From a bacterium (GTDB lineage Bacteria > JAHJDO01), in contig JBDRTG010000047.1 of the NCBI GenBank assembly GCA_043824255.1, positions 192,001 to 256,000 on the forward strand: DNA of 64,000 bases, given 5' to 3'. Every line of letters starts with the position of its first letter. Within the stretch, counting starts at the first letter, position 1. The notes under the pieces are model-generated. The model made no database searches. It was not told where the DNA came from and was given only the letters and a program-made list of their open reading frames with translations. Below, one piece after another: positions 1 through 9,793 of the stretch. A program made the translations under genes and the position numbers.

Positions 1-2
1 TA

Positions 3-263
3 AGCAAACTAGAACACATTAAAAATTACTACAGACCAAATTACAACCCCAGGGGAGTTTGCATATATCCTTTTTTCTCGTGTAGAATAAATTCCGATGG
101 GACTGTGCCTTTTTGTCTTTTAATGCAGCATAAAATGGGTAATATTCGAAATGAATCTCTTATATCTATATGGAACAATACTGAATTCAAGAGGATGAGA
201 AAAAAACTTTTATCTGGAATCTACCCCATATGCAAAAGGTGCTGCAAACTAGTTACTTATTAA
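3..263 (+). CDS. C-terminal fragment of a radical SAM protein (SPASM/twitch domain), truncated by the window edge
   Basis: Own translation of frame 3: ...GVCIYPFFSCRINSDGTVPFC...MGNIRNESLISIWNN...YPICKRCCKLVTY*. This is the Cys pattern and GN-x-x-x-x-x-x-x-IW motif of SPASM/twitch domains, like 50800..51930. Confidence 0.8.
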   Translation, partial: SKLEHIKNYYRPNYNPRGVCIYPFFSCRINSDGTVPFCLLMQHKMGNIRNESLISIWNNTEFKRMRKKLLSGIYPICKRCCKLVTY

Positions 264-281
264 CAAATCAAGCATTTCAAA

Positions 282-311
282 TTGACAAGGAAAGGGTATG
301 TAATATATACT
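282..311 (+). promoter_or_regulatory. sigma70-type promoter for 356..1006
   Basis: TTGACA (282-287), 18 nt spacer, TATACT (306-311); strong SD AAGGAGGTGA at 339-348 before ATG 356. Confidence 0.6.
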
Positions 312-355
312 TACAAAACATAAAAATGTATGTATAGAAAGGAGGTGAAAGAAAA

Positions 356-1006
356 ATGAAATCTTTATTTAGAGTTGGTTTAATTACCGTATTGGCTGGC
401 GTATGTTTTAGTTTAGTGTATGCAGGCGGACTTCCAAAGAAGGTAGCTCAACCGCAGAAAAAAACAGCGGTAAAACAAATTTCTGAAGGTGTAACGACAG
501 GCGTTTTGACTACCGCGGCAACAATAAAAGAAGCAACAACCTACATAGGGGCTGAAAGTGTTTGGTCTCTTAGGAACAAAATGCCAAGAACTAAAATTTA
601 CGCAAGAGTTGAGACTTCTGATGATAGATACTATCTTCTTGGGATCAGTAAAATAGATCTAAAGGCATCAAATCCATACGGGCGAAGAGATAGAAGAAAC
701 GTTCAATATCTTGAGTATGACGCGCAGATTGCATCTAAATACCTCAATAATAGTCTGACACTTAGAGGTGGCGTTATAAATTCAGGAGTGGGATTGGGAG
801 TAGACTATATGCTGCCTAATGAAAAAACTAGCATCACAGTTGAAGGACACAGCTCCGTTTATAGTTCCCCGTTCTTTCTCAGAACAAACCTGAGTTATAA
901 GATATGGGAAGACAAGGACTACTATATAATTGCCGGTGCAGAGGATATGCTGGATAAGCTTTCACTCATAGCAGGCATAAAAATAGAGTATGGTCTAGCA
1001 AGATAG
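356..1006 (+). CDS. secreted protein, probable beta-strand/outer-membrane domain
   Basis: Signal-peptide-like N-terminus (MKSLFRVGLITVLAGVCFSLVYA); alternating beta-strand pattern including LTLRGGVINSGVGLGVDY; strong RBS. Confidence 0.7.
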   Translation: MKSLFRVGLITVLAGVCFSLVYAGGLPKKVAQPQKKTAVKQISEGVTTGVLTTAATIKEATTYIGAESVWSLRNKMPRTKIYARVETSDDRYYLLGISKIDLKASNPYGRRDRRNVQYLEYDAQIASKYLNNSLTLRGGVINSGVGLGVDYMLPNEKTSITVEGHSSVYSSPFFLRTNLSYKIWEDKDYYIIAGAEDMLDKLSLIAGIKIEYGLAR

Positions 1007-1010
1007 TTTT

Positions 1011-1050
1011 TATGCCACAGCATAGAAAAAATTCTCTGTGCTGTGGCATA
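1011..1050. terminator. hairpin between convergent genes, probable bidirectional terminator
   Basis: TATGCCACAGCA...TGCTGTGGCATA, perfect 12-bp arms between two converging stop codons; no strong U tract. Confidence 0.6.
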
Positions 1051-1068
1051 TGTATATAATCTAACTTT

Positions 1069-2019
1069 CTACGGTCTGTTTTTTATATAATTGCTAATGA
1101 TCTGCTGTTTTTCTTCTGGTAATTCTGAAAATTCAATATCTAGTTCGTATTCATCTTTCAGCGATGTTTGCCTGCACGATAGGACATTCCCTAGTATTTC
1201 ATTAATTACCTCATCATTTGAAAATTGAATTTGCATTTCTATGGTTGTGCCTGTTTTCGGCACGTACTTATCTGTTCCGATACAAATGCGAGACTCACTT
1301 ATATTTTTAGCATATGCCTGCTTTTCAAGCATAGGCTGTCCCAGAGCATATACAATATACTTAACAAGCACCTCATCTTTCCCTTTTATAGTTCCTGACT
1401 GCGAATCTTTGTTCTCAGATTTGCCAGTTTTTTGCTTAAAGTTTATTATTTGCTTGCCTATGTTTATTTCATCGTTATTTTTTAATATATGTTTAAGCCC
1501 TTTTTTGCCCTTAATCTTAGTGCCATTATAGGAATGAAGATCGTATAACACATAGCCCTCATGTTGTGGCCGTATCTTTGCGTGGAGTTTGGATACCAAT
1601 TCATCTTCTAGTATTAGTTCATTATCTTCGGATCTTCCTATCCAGAACTCTATGTTTGGACGTAATTTGTATGTTTCTGATTCCCCGCCCTCCTTTCTCC
1701 ATATAAGCTCAGCAGGAGAAAGAGATAAAGCAACTTCTTCTTCAATTAAGCCTTTTGGTATTTTCCCATACTCATCTTCTTCCTCTTTAGCATGCTGCTT
1801 CTTCTCAAACTTTATTATTATATCAATCAACTTGTCTATTTTTGAAAGGCCAATATAAACCAGAATAATAAGAGTTGATATAGTAAAAATAGAAAAACCA
1901 AATTTAACAGGATGATCTTTTATAAACAGTTCAGCTTTACTAACTGCAAAAACATTTGTCGAAGAAAATAAAAGTGCAGTGATTTGACAAATAACTAAAA
2001 ATAACGATTTTTTCAGCAT
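1069..2019 (-). CDS. membrane-anchored FHA domain protein with C-terminal PilZ-like domain
   Basis: Two N-terminal hydrophobic segments; FHA motifs IGR...VSKLHA...DLHSYNGT; C-terminal AKNISESRICI...GNVL...IEFSEL resembles PilZ. Confidence 0.8.
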   Translation of the reverse strand: MLKKSLFLVICQITALLFSSTNVFAVSKAELFIKDHPVKFGFSIFTISTLIILVYIGLSKIDKLIDIIIKFEKKQHAKEEEDEYGKIPKGLIEEEVALSLSPAELIWRKEGGESETYKLRPNIEFWIGRSEDNELILEDELVSKLHAKIRPQHEGYVLYDLHSYNGTKIKGKKGLKHILKNNDEINIGKQIINFKQKTGKSENKDSQSGTIKGKDEVLVKYIVYALGQPMLEKQAYAKNISESRICIGTDKYVPKTGTTIEMQIQFSNDEVINEILGNVLSCRQTSLKDEYELDIEFSELPEEKQQIISNYIKNRP

Positions 2020-3197
2020 ATCTTTTTTCTGTCCTGTTTACCGATCTCGTTATAAATATTCATGAATTTCCGTGCAATAACTTCTTTATTTAATTGTTCA
2101 GAAATTTCAATAACTGTGCTTTCTTTAACTCTTTTGCCCTCTTCTAACATTTTTATTATAGCATTTTCAAGAGCAACTGGAGTATCTTTCTCTATAAGAG
2201 TAACATCGCCGGGATATTGGTCAGCCAGTTCAATACCAGCAGGATTGTTTGTTGTGATAACTGGTGTTCCGCATACTAGCGATTCCAATACTACATTAGC
2301 TCTGGATTCCAATGTTGAGGATAGAATAAAAATATCTGAAGAAGCGTAAAAATCAACCAGCGCCTTATGAGCCACAACGCCTGTAAATACTACGTTGTTT
2401 TCAAGGCGTAGTGTTGTAACTAATCGTTCTAATGTTTCAAACAGTGGCCCTTCTCCTGTTAATACTAATTTTAATTTTGGATATTTTTTAATAACTTCTG
2501 GTAAACTTTTTATCAAAAGTTCGTGTCCGTATATTGGTATCATCCCCTTAACATTCAACAATATTTTATCTGCATTAAATTTTTTCTTTAGAAAATTTGA
2601 ACGTTTTCCTCTCTGTAATATAAAGAAATCGCTAACCATATAAGATATTACTTTACTTTTAATTCCCGTATCATTCAATAATTTATCAGCAAGACAGGTA
2701 CTAATGCAGATAACTTTATCAACATTGTGAACAATTCTTTTATAAAGATTGAAAAAACTTTTTTTATAATACCACACGTCTGTTCCGTGAAAGTGAAGGA
2801 TAATAGGTTTTCTTAGGATTTTACCTACAACAAATCCTACAATTGTCAGATCTGTATATCCATGTATATGAATTATATTTAGCTTATGTAATCTCGCGAT
2901 CATTACTTTGAAAATATTAATTAATGTAAGTAAACGATAATATTTATTTAATATCGAATTGATTGCTTTTATTTTATATCTTTTGCGTGATAAATTTAAA
3001 CTTTTCGCGTACATATTTCTTATTGCGTGTACTTTTACATTACTATTTACCCTATTCGAACTGTATTGCTCTGGAATAACAAAAGTAAAAACCTCAACCA
3101 TGTTCCCTTTCTTAACTAACTCTGATGATAAATTATTACACATCATTCCAATTCCACTTGGATTGAAAAAGTGGGGTGTAATAATGGCAACTTTCAT
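2013..3197 (-). CDS. GT4 family glycosyltransferase
   Basis: MKVAII start, HIHG and HFHG-D motifs, ESRANVVLES-x-x-CGTPVITT (EX7E). Confidence 0.9.
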   Translation of the reverse strand: MKVAIITPHFFNPSGIGMMCNNLSSELVKKGNMVEVFTFVIPEQYSSNRVNSNVKVHAIRNMYAKSLNLSRKRYKIKAINSILNKYYRLLTLINIFKVMIARLHKLNIIHIHGYTDLTIVGFVVGKILRKPIILHFHGTDVWYYKKSFFNLYKRIVHNVDKVICISTCLADKLLNDTGIKSKVISYMVSDFFILQRGKRSNFLKKKFNADKILLNVKGMIPIYGHELLIKSLPEVIKKYPKLKLVLTGEGPLFETLERLVTTLRLENNVVFTGVVAHKALVDFYASSDIFILSSTLESRANVVLESLVCGTPVITTNNPAGIELADQYPGDVTLIEKDTPVALENAIIKMLEEGKRVKESTVIEISEQLNKEVIARKFMNIYNEIGKQDRKKIC

Positions 3198-3211
3198 AAT
3201 TTCTCTTGTAA

Positions 3212-4180
3212 TTATGTCTTGCTTTTATACAAATAAAAACATGCTGAATCACCATCGTTATTCTTATTTAACTCAGCTGCTTTAGTTTTAAAAGAGTTTA
3301 TTTGTTCTTTTGAAAAGATAGATTTTCGAGGATTTTCGCAATAAGAGTTTCCAGCTCTGAGAGAAATATCTTTGAGATATTGTTCGCTTCCCCAAAATTG
3401 AAATTCTGTTGAATCAAATACAACATCTTTTATTTGAAAACCTGCCTTGTCTGCTAATATTTGAATGCTTTTAGTTGTATGTAAAAAAAGGTGGCGTGGA
3501 GCATCAAGCTGAACCCAATTAATGCCATATTTTCGCCAGACAAAAGAAGAAACAACAGGAATTTTAATTAATACATATCTATTAAATTTTAATGCGCGAT
3601 ATAATTCTTTAAATACAGATAAAGGTTCCCGCATATGTTCAAAAGAGTCATGTAACAGTATAAAATCAAACTGTTGTTTAAGTTTAGATATATTTTTTTT
3701 TAAGACGTTAAGCCCTTTTTCATAAAAAATGTCATCGTTGATAAACGTGTCAACGCCTGTAAGATTAGAAAATCCATCTTTATGCATACTAACGAGAAGA
3801 TGTCCAACACCACAGCCTACATCTAAAATCTCCGATTCGAATCCTATTTTAACCTTTTTAAACCAGTTATAGTAATTAGGCGTTTTGTATAGTTTTGTTA
3901 GCAACATTCCTATAATATTTTTTTTATAAAGACAGTATTTTGCTCTTTGATGTTTAAGAAAAGACTTTAGAAAATCATCTTTAAAATAATATGGCTTTAG
4001 AAAAGAATAATAATTTTTAGGGTAATATTCTGAAAGGTTATCTGGAATTCTGTTTATTTGTAAACATCCGCACTCCCCACATTTAAAATATTCAAATTTA
4101 TCTCTATAACCAAACATCATTTCGCACACAATGTAAAATTTGTTATTAACCGTATTTTTACATATTTTACAAATACTCAT
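3212..4180 (-). CDS. class I SAM-dependent methyltransferase with N-terminal Zn ribbon
   Basis: CKIC...CGEC; ILDVGCGVG; SFEHMREP; DAPRHL. Start moved to ATG 4180, which follows the RBS AAGAAGG. Confidence 0.85.
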   Translation of the reverse strand: MSICKICKNTVNNKFYIVCEMMFGYRDKFEYFKCGECGCLQINRIPDNLSEYYPKNYYSFLKPYYFKDDFLKSFLKHQRAKYCLYKKNIIGMLLTKLYKTPNYYNWFKKVKIGFESEILDVGCGVGHLLVSMHKDGFSNLTGVDTFINDDIFYEKGLNVLKKNISKLKQQFDFILLHDSFEHMREPLSVFKELYRALKFNRYVLIKIPVVSSFVWRKYGINWVQLDAPRHLFLHTTKSIQILADKAGFQIKDVVFDSTEFQFWGSEQYLKDISLRAGNSYCENPRKSIFSKEQINSFKTKAAELNKNNDGDSACFYLYKSKT

Positions 4181-4196
4181 GTTGCCTTCTTTTAAT

Positions 4197-6368
4197 TTAG
4201 TATCTAATCCCCGCAACCATTCCCTTTATTCTAGGCATAATTATTTTGAGATTTCTTCTTTTTATGGCAGACAATATATGTATTACATTCTCTATCCCAA
4301 AATACCATGAGAAGCTGATTATCTGTGTAATGGCTGCATTTTTTTTCATAAAGATAATCCTGTTTCTGGTCTTGAAAAAAGCTCCAAATGGATTTTCAGA
4401 GCCTCCGCTTGTTCTTGCGACTTTATGCCACAGCTTTGCTCTTGGCGCAACTATGCATTTAAATCCAGCTTTTATTGCTTTTGTACAGTAGTCTATGTCT
4501 TCCTGATAATAAAAATAACTTTCATCCATTAATCCGATTTTACTAATAACACTTTTATGTATAAGTAATGCGCAGCCACTTATGAAGTCAGAATTACATA
4601 TCTCATTATATTGCCCATAATCTTGCTTCATCCCTCCGATATGTGACGTTACCCCGGTTTTCCAGTCCATTTTACCTCTTGCGAACCACAAAGTACAAGA
4701 TTTATCATAATAATACATTTTAGGACCTACAATACCTATTGTTAAATTAACTTTCATGGGTTTTATTAACTCGCTTAACATATCAGGTGCAGCTTTAGTG
4801 TCGTTATTCAGGAGCAAAACACTATCAAAACCCATCTTCATAGCATGCCTTATAGCTATATTGTTAGCCTCAGCAAATCCCAAGTTAGCCTTATTCTCCA
4901 ATAGAATTACCCATGGATAATTTTTCTTGAAATAATCTTGAGAACCATCTGTAGAAGCATTATCCACAATGCAAGTTTTATAATTCTTATATGTTTGCGC
5001 TTTTATAGATTCAAGGCACTCAATAGTATCTTCTCTGCCGTTATGATTAAGAATTATAATTAAAACACTTGGGTCCATAGGTTTAGAATTTTCTATGAGT
5101 ATGTTTCCCTGCATTATGACTTTATTCTCAAGGTTACTACCTATGATTTTCTGTATTACAAAATTATCAAGCTGTAGCTCATTTCTCACTCCTTCTTTCA
5201 TAAGCTTCTTATATACAAAAACGAATTTCCCAAAGATCACTTCTTCCAGCAAATTTCCCGTAACAAATTTTCTTGCATTTTCCCTAATAGCCTCGATTCT
5301 ATGTTTGTCCTCTAGAAGTTTCATTATCTCAGAGGCAATCGCTTCCGGAGTATTTTCTTTTACAATGATTCCTGTTTTGCCATTTTGGATAAGTTCTTCA
5401 GCACCCTTACACCGAGTAGAAACAACTACAGGTCCCACTATCATTGCTTCTCCAACAACGTGCGGACATGATTCAAGTCTGCTTCCCAATATTTTTATTT
5501 GAGCATCTTTTAGATATCGAGAAACCTCATGGTGTTTCACATGCCCCATAAACTCAACATTCTTCTCAATCTCAAGTTCTCTGCAGCGTTTTTTTAGAGA
5601 ATCAAGCAAAGGTCCTTCCCCGAGAAATTTGTGATTTATGTCAACCCCTTTTCTCTTCAGCACACCAATTGCCTCCAGAACAATATCTGCCCCGCCTATA
5701 GGATATAAGTCTTTTACTGTTATTGTATGATTTTTCTTTCCGCAGTATTTGTCAGAGAGAAACAAGTTTCTATTTACCTCAGTCCATATCACACCATCAA
5801 TCCTCAGCCCTTTCTTAATCAATTCTTCTTTGAGACAATAGCTGTTAGCGATTGTGGTATATCGTCTATTTATTATTCTTTTCAGGTCAAAAAATTTTGT
5901 AGGAATATAATCCCATCCGTCTGTTCCCACAAATACCTGCATTACTTTTTTCTTTCTCAATTTATGCCATGCAAGTATCAAAGCTGTATTCCACAAGCTC
6001 CAACCATGTATCTCTATTATGTCGCGGTCTTCTGCAAACTTTGAGATTTCTCTGTACAGCATTAAAATATCCAAAACTTTGTACAAAAATCCTAACTTGT
6101 TTCTTCTGAAGAATGGAGTTATCCTCTTTATATTCGGATGCCTGTACATTTGAGGTATTTCTTCTGTTGACATCTTCGGAGAGAACCCAATCATCTTTAC
6201 ATCAACACCTTTCTCTAACAGCCACTTAAACTTGGTCCAGTTGGAGATAGCCATTCCTACATCATCAGGGACCAATACAGGAGAAATAATACCTATGGTA
6301 GCAATTTTAAATTCTAAATTCTTAATTTTTAATTGAGGTTTGATATTGTTCTTTAATTTAAAATTCAT
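4197..6368 (-). CDS. fused GT4 + GT2 glycosyltransferase
   Basis: N-half GT4 (ESCPHVVGEA); C-half GT2 of rhamnosyltransferase type (IIILNHNG, VDNASTDGS, LLNND, YQEDIDY). Confidence 0.85.
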   Translation of the reverse strand: MNFKLKNNIKPQLKIKNLEFKIATIGIISPVLVPDDVGMAISNWTKFKWLLEKGVDVKMIGFSPKMSTEEIPQMYRHPNIKRITPFFRRNKLGFLYKVLDILMLYREISKFAEDRDIIEIHGWSLWNTALILAWHKLRKKKVMQVFVGTDGWDYIPTKFFDLKRIINRRYTTIANSYCLKEELIKKGLRIDGVIWTEVNRNLFLSDKYCGKKNHTITVKDLYPIGGADIVLEAIGVLKRKGVDINHKFLGEGPLLDSLKKRCRELEIEKNVEFMGHVKHHEVSRYLKDAQIKILGSRLESCPHVVGEAMIVGPVVVSTRCKGAEELIQNGKTGIIVKENTPEAIASEIMKLLEDKHRIEAIRENARKFVTGNLLEEVIFGKFVFVYKKLMKEGVRNELQLDNFVIQKIIGSNLENKVIMQGNILIENSKPMDPSVLIIILNHNGREDTIECLESIKAQTYKNYKTCIVDNASTDGSQDYFKKNYPWVILLENKANLGFAEANNIAIRHAMKMGFDSVLLLNNDTKAAPDMLSELIKPMKVNLTIGIVGPKMYYYDKSCTLWFARGKMDWKTGVTSHIGGMKQDYGQYNEICNSDFISGCALLIHKSVISKIGLMDESYFYYQEDIDYCTKAIKAGFKCIVAPRAKLWHKVARTSGGSENPFGAFFKTRNRIIFMKKNAAITQIISFSWYFGIENVIHILSAIKRRNLKIIMPRIKGMVAGIRY

Positions 6369-7492
6369 AATTCACAATTAAGAATTTTATTGTATTCTTT
6401 ATATAACTTATCTACTATCTTTGGCCAGTCATAATTACGTGCATTTTTAATCCCATTCTTGCTAAATTGCTCTCTTTTTTTATTGTTTGAGAGAAGCTCA
6501 ATTACTGCTTCTGAAAATGCTTTTGTATCTTTGGTTTTTACAAGAATACCCGTTTCGTTGTCTATAACAACTTCCGGTATGCTTGCGGTATTAAATCCAA
6601 CACATGGCAGACCGCTTGCCTGCGCTTCCATAAACGGCATTCCAAACCCTTCGTATATAGATGCGCATGTAAATAAATCCGCAGATTTATAATACAATAT
6701 AACGTCTTCTACAGGGAGATGCCCAAGCAGATAGATGTTTCCAATCTCCCCGGCTCTCTGTTTGACCAATTCTGAATAATCGTCATTATCAAACTTGCCA
6801 ATAATATAGAGATGCGCTTTGGGGATTTTCCCTAAAACCAGTTCAAAGGCATTTAACAGCAGATCTACGCCTTTATGTTTTACTATTCTTCCAACATAAA
6901 GTAATGCTGGATGACGCAAATTTAGCTTTTTCTCTTTTTTTCTAAATACCTGAAAATCTATACCTGGTGTAATAACCGTACTATTTATGGAGAATTTTGA
7001 CAGAAGATAGTTCCTAGTGAAGCCTGAATTTGTGATAACTTTATCTGCTTTAGATACATTCTTTATCATTCTTTTGTTTTCTAGAATTCTACGTTCTCTT
7101 TCATAGCCTACATACATATTGGGATCTGTGACATTGTGGTAATAATAAACAACTTTATATCCAAAAAATTTTCTATTCTTTATAACAAAACCATCCAGAG
7201 GAGGATAATGGATATTTACAATATCGGGTCTTATAATTTCCAAAGCCCTCTTAAAGAATATATTTGCTATCGGCTTCATAACCGGTTTAGTAAACAAGTA
7301 GTTACGACCTCTTGAGATATTTATTGGAGTAACTACAGGTATCCTAATATTCAAATGTTTGTGCGAACAAGACAACGTAAGAATGCTGACATTCACATCG
7401 TCGTATTTATATAACTGATTTGCGTGCGCGACAACTACTTCAGAAATCCCCGAACCTTCGGCAAGAGCCGTAAAAGCAACAGCAATATTCAT
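6365..7492 (-). CDS. GT4 family glycosyltransferase
   Basis: YVGRIVKHKG, EGFGMPFMEAQASGLP; start moved to ATG 7492 (ATGA overlap with the rmlB stop). Confidence 0.9.
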   Translation of the reverse strand: MNIAVAFTALAEGSGISEVVVAHANQLYKYDDVNVSILTLSCSHKHLNIRIPVVTPINISRGRNYLFTKPVMKPIANIFFKRALEIIRPDIVNIHYPPLDGFVIKNRKFFGYKVVYYYHNVTDPNMYVGYERERRILENKRMIKNVSKADKVITNSGFTRNYLLSKFSINSTVITPGIDFQVFRKKEKKLNLRHPALLYVGRIVKHKGVDLLLNAFELVLGKIPKAHLYIIGKFDNDDYSELVKQRAGEIGNIYLLGHLPVEDVILYYKSADLFTCASIYEGFGMPFMEAQASGLPCVGFNTASIPEVVIDNETGILVKTKDTKAFSEAVIELLSNNKKREQFSKNGIKNARNYDWPKIVDKLYKEYNKILNCEL

Positions 7493-8472
7493 AACCCAAT
7501 TATGCTCTTCCACCAGTTTTTATTCTCAATGTACCATGATATGGTTTGTTTTAGTCCCTCTTCAAAATTGTAAACAGGTTTCCAGCCTAATTGGCTTTTT
7601 ATCTTATCTGCATTGATAGCATAACGGCGATCATGCCCTGGTCTGTCTTTTACAAATTTTATTAATGTCTCTGGCTTTCCCAATCTTTTTAAAACAAACT
7701 TGGCTATATTTATATTAGTTCTCTCGTTATTAGCGCCTATGTTATAGGTTTCTCCTATTTCTCCTCTCTGTACCACTAAATCAATAGCCTTCGAGTGATC
7801 TATTGCATGAATCCAGTCCCTCACGTTTGTTCCATCCCCATAAATAGGCAGTGCCTTAGACTGGAGAGCATTGATGATTATTAGTGGAATAAATTTCTCA
7901 GGGAATTGGTATGGACCGTAATTATTTGAACACCGTGTAATTATAACAGGCAATTGATAGGTATGAAAATAAGCTTTTACAAGCATGTCAGCTGATGCTT
8001 TGCTTGCAGCATAAGGGCTGCTTGGCGCAAGTGGAGTTTCTTCCCTAAAATAGCCCTCACCAGGAAGATCCCCATATACTTCATCTGTTGAGATCTGTAT
8101 GAAGCGCTTAATACCAACCTGTTTTGCAATATCAAGAAGAGTTTGCACTCCAAGTATATTTGTTTTCATAAACTCAGCAGGATTAATGATACTTCTATCC
8201 ACATGTGATTCAGCGGCAAAATTAATAATTATATCAATTTTGTTTTCTGCGATAATTTGTTTAACCAATTTTGCATCTAAAATATCACCTTTAACAAATG
8301 CATATCTATTTTTATATTTTTCTTGAATATCCAAAAGATTTTCTAAATTTCCTGCATAAGTTAGCTTATCCAGATTTACAATGTTTATAGAGCTATATTT
8401 CTCTAACTCATATCGTATGAAATTAGACCCTATAAAACCACATCCACCGGTAACCAGCATATTTATTTTCAT
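7489..8472 (-). CDS. rmlB: dTDP-glucose 4,6-dehydratase
   Basis: GGCGFIG, DKLTYAGN, AAESHVDRSI, STDEVYG, YAASK, DRPGHDRRY. Confidence 0.95.
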   Translation of the reverse strand: MKINMLVTGGCGFIGSNFIRYELEKYSSINIVNLDKLTYAGNLENLLDIQEKYKNRYAFVKGDILDAKLVKQIIAENKIDIIINFAAESHVDRSIINPAEFMKTNILGVQTLLDIAKQVGIKRFIQISTDEVYGDLPGEGYFREETPLAPSSPYAASKASADMLVKAYFHTYQLPVIITRCSNNYGPYQFPEKFIPLIIINALQSKALPIYGDGTNVRDWIHAIDHSKAIDLVVQRGEIGETYNIGANNERTNINIAKFVLKRLGKPETLIKFVKDRPGHDRRYAINADKIKSQLGWKPVYNFEEGLKQTISWYIENKNWWKSIIGL

Positions 8473-8927
8473 TAGCCGTTTTTTCTGCTCCAGTCGTATG
8501 GAATATCGCTTTTATATGGATCTATCCTGTATTCATCTGGTTTTTTGTGGTTATAACATTCTGTAGGGCAATTAACTATTATGGCCTCGTATTCACTTAT
8601 GCATTTAAAACCATGCGTTACCATCTTGGGGATTTGTATAAGCAAGTTATTATGCTCCCCTATAAAAAATTCATTAATTTCTCCCTTTGTAGAAGAATCA
8701 GTTCTGCTGTCGTAAAGAACTACCTTCATCATCCCTCTAATACATGCAAAATTATCTGTCTGTTTCTTGTGATAATGCCATGCTTTGACAACACCGGGAT
8801 AAGCAGTAGTTATATAGACCTGACCAAACTTTTCAAAAATTTCGTCATCTTCCCTGAACATCTCCATAACATGTCCACGTTCGTCAGGAATCGCCTTTAG
8901 CTTTTTTATTTTAACACCATTAATCAT
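8472..8927 (-). CDS. rmlC: dTDP-4-dehydrorhamnose 3,5-epimerase family cupin
   Basis: DERG, PGVVKAWHYH, DSR, HGF motifs; lies between rmlD and rmlB. Confidence 0.85.
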   Translation of the reverse strand: MINGVKIKKLKAIPDERGHVMEMFREDDEIFEKFGQVYITTAYPGVVKAWHYHKKQTDNFACIRGMMKVVLYDSRTDSSTKGEINEFFIGEHNNLLIQIPKMVTHGFKCISEYEAIIVNCPTECYNHKKPDEYRIDPYKSDIPYDWSRKNG

Positions 8928-9793
8928 AATTCACTCCCCTCTATTAAGAATTTTTTTAAACTTTCTCTCCAGTGCGGAATATCAACAGCAATTGCAGACT
9001 TAATTTTACTCTTATTTAGCGCAGAATATGCAGGCCTCTTTGCCGCCCTTTCTGATTGAGCGCTTTTAATCGGTATTATTTTTGTAGAATGAAACTTGTT
9101 TTCTGAATTCTGAAGAATCTTTATAATCTCGCAGGCAAACTCATACCGGCTGCACTCTCCTTTATTTGAATAGTTATACATTCCATACTGTTTTGTCTCA
9201 AGTAATCTCAAGGTTATATCAACAATATCCCTTGCCCAAGTAGGATTCCCAATTTGATCATCAACAACACTGATTTCAGACTGATTAGATGCCTTACTTA
9301 TAACAGCTTTTACAAAGTTCTTCTCTCCCTTTCCATACATCCATGAAGTTCTTATCAAAAAGAATCTGATATGTGAATTTAGCAGATACTGTTCTCCCAA
9401 AAGCTTAGATTCTCCATATATGTTGAGTGGATTCGGTTTATCTTCTTCTATGTATGAAGATTTCTTTTCGCCGTCAAATACAAAATCCGTAGAGAAGTGC
9501 ACAAGCAGTATGTCATTCTCTCTGCAGACCTGTATAAGATTTTTTACTCCTTCGCCATTAACGCTAAAGGCTTTTTCTTGATTCCTCTCACATGCATCAA
9601 CATCAGTATATGCGGCACAATTTATCAGCGCCTGAGGATTAATGCTATCCACTGCATTTTCGATAGAAGAGATATCAATTATATTACATTCTTCTTCATC
9701 AGGAGCAATAATTGTGTAATCCTTCCTGTTTTGGCACTCAGAAACAAATTCTTTTGCCAGCATGCCTTTTGAACCTGTTAATAATACCTTCAA
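8924..9793 (-). CDS. rmlD: dTDP-4-dehydrorhamnose reductase
   Basis: GSKGMLA, NCAAYTDVDACE, STDFVFDG, YGESK, DDQIGNPT, RPAYSAL. Confidence 0.95.
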   Translation of the reverse strand: MKVLLTGSKGMLAKEFVSECQNRKDYTIIAPDEEECNIIDISSIENAVDSINPQALINCAAYTDVDACERNQEKAFSVNGEGVKNLIQVCRENDILLVHFSTDFVFDGEKKSSYIEEDKPNPLNIYGESKLLGEQYLLNSHIRFFLIRTSWMYGKGEKNFVKAVISKASNQSEISVVDDQIGNPTWARDIVDITLRLLETKQYGMYNYSNKGECSRYEFACEIIKILQNSENKFHSTKIIPIKSAQSERAAKRPAYSALNKSKIKSAIAVDIPHWRESLKKFLIEGSEL

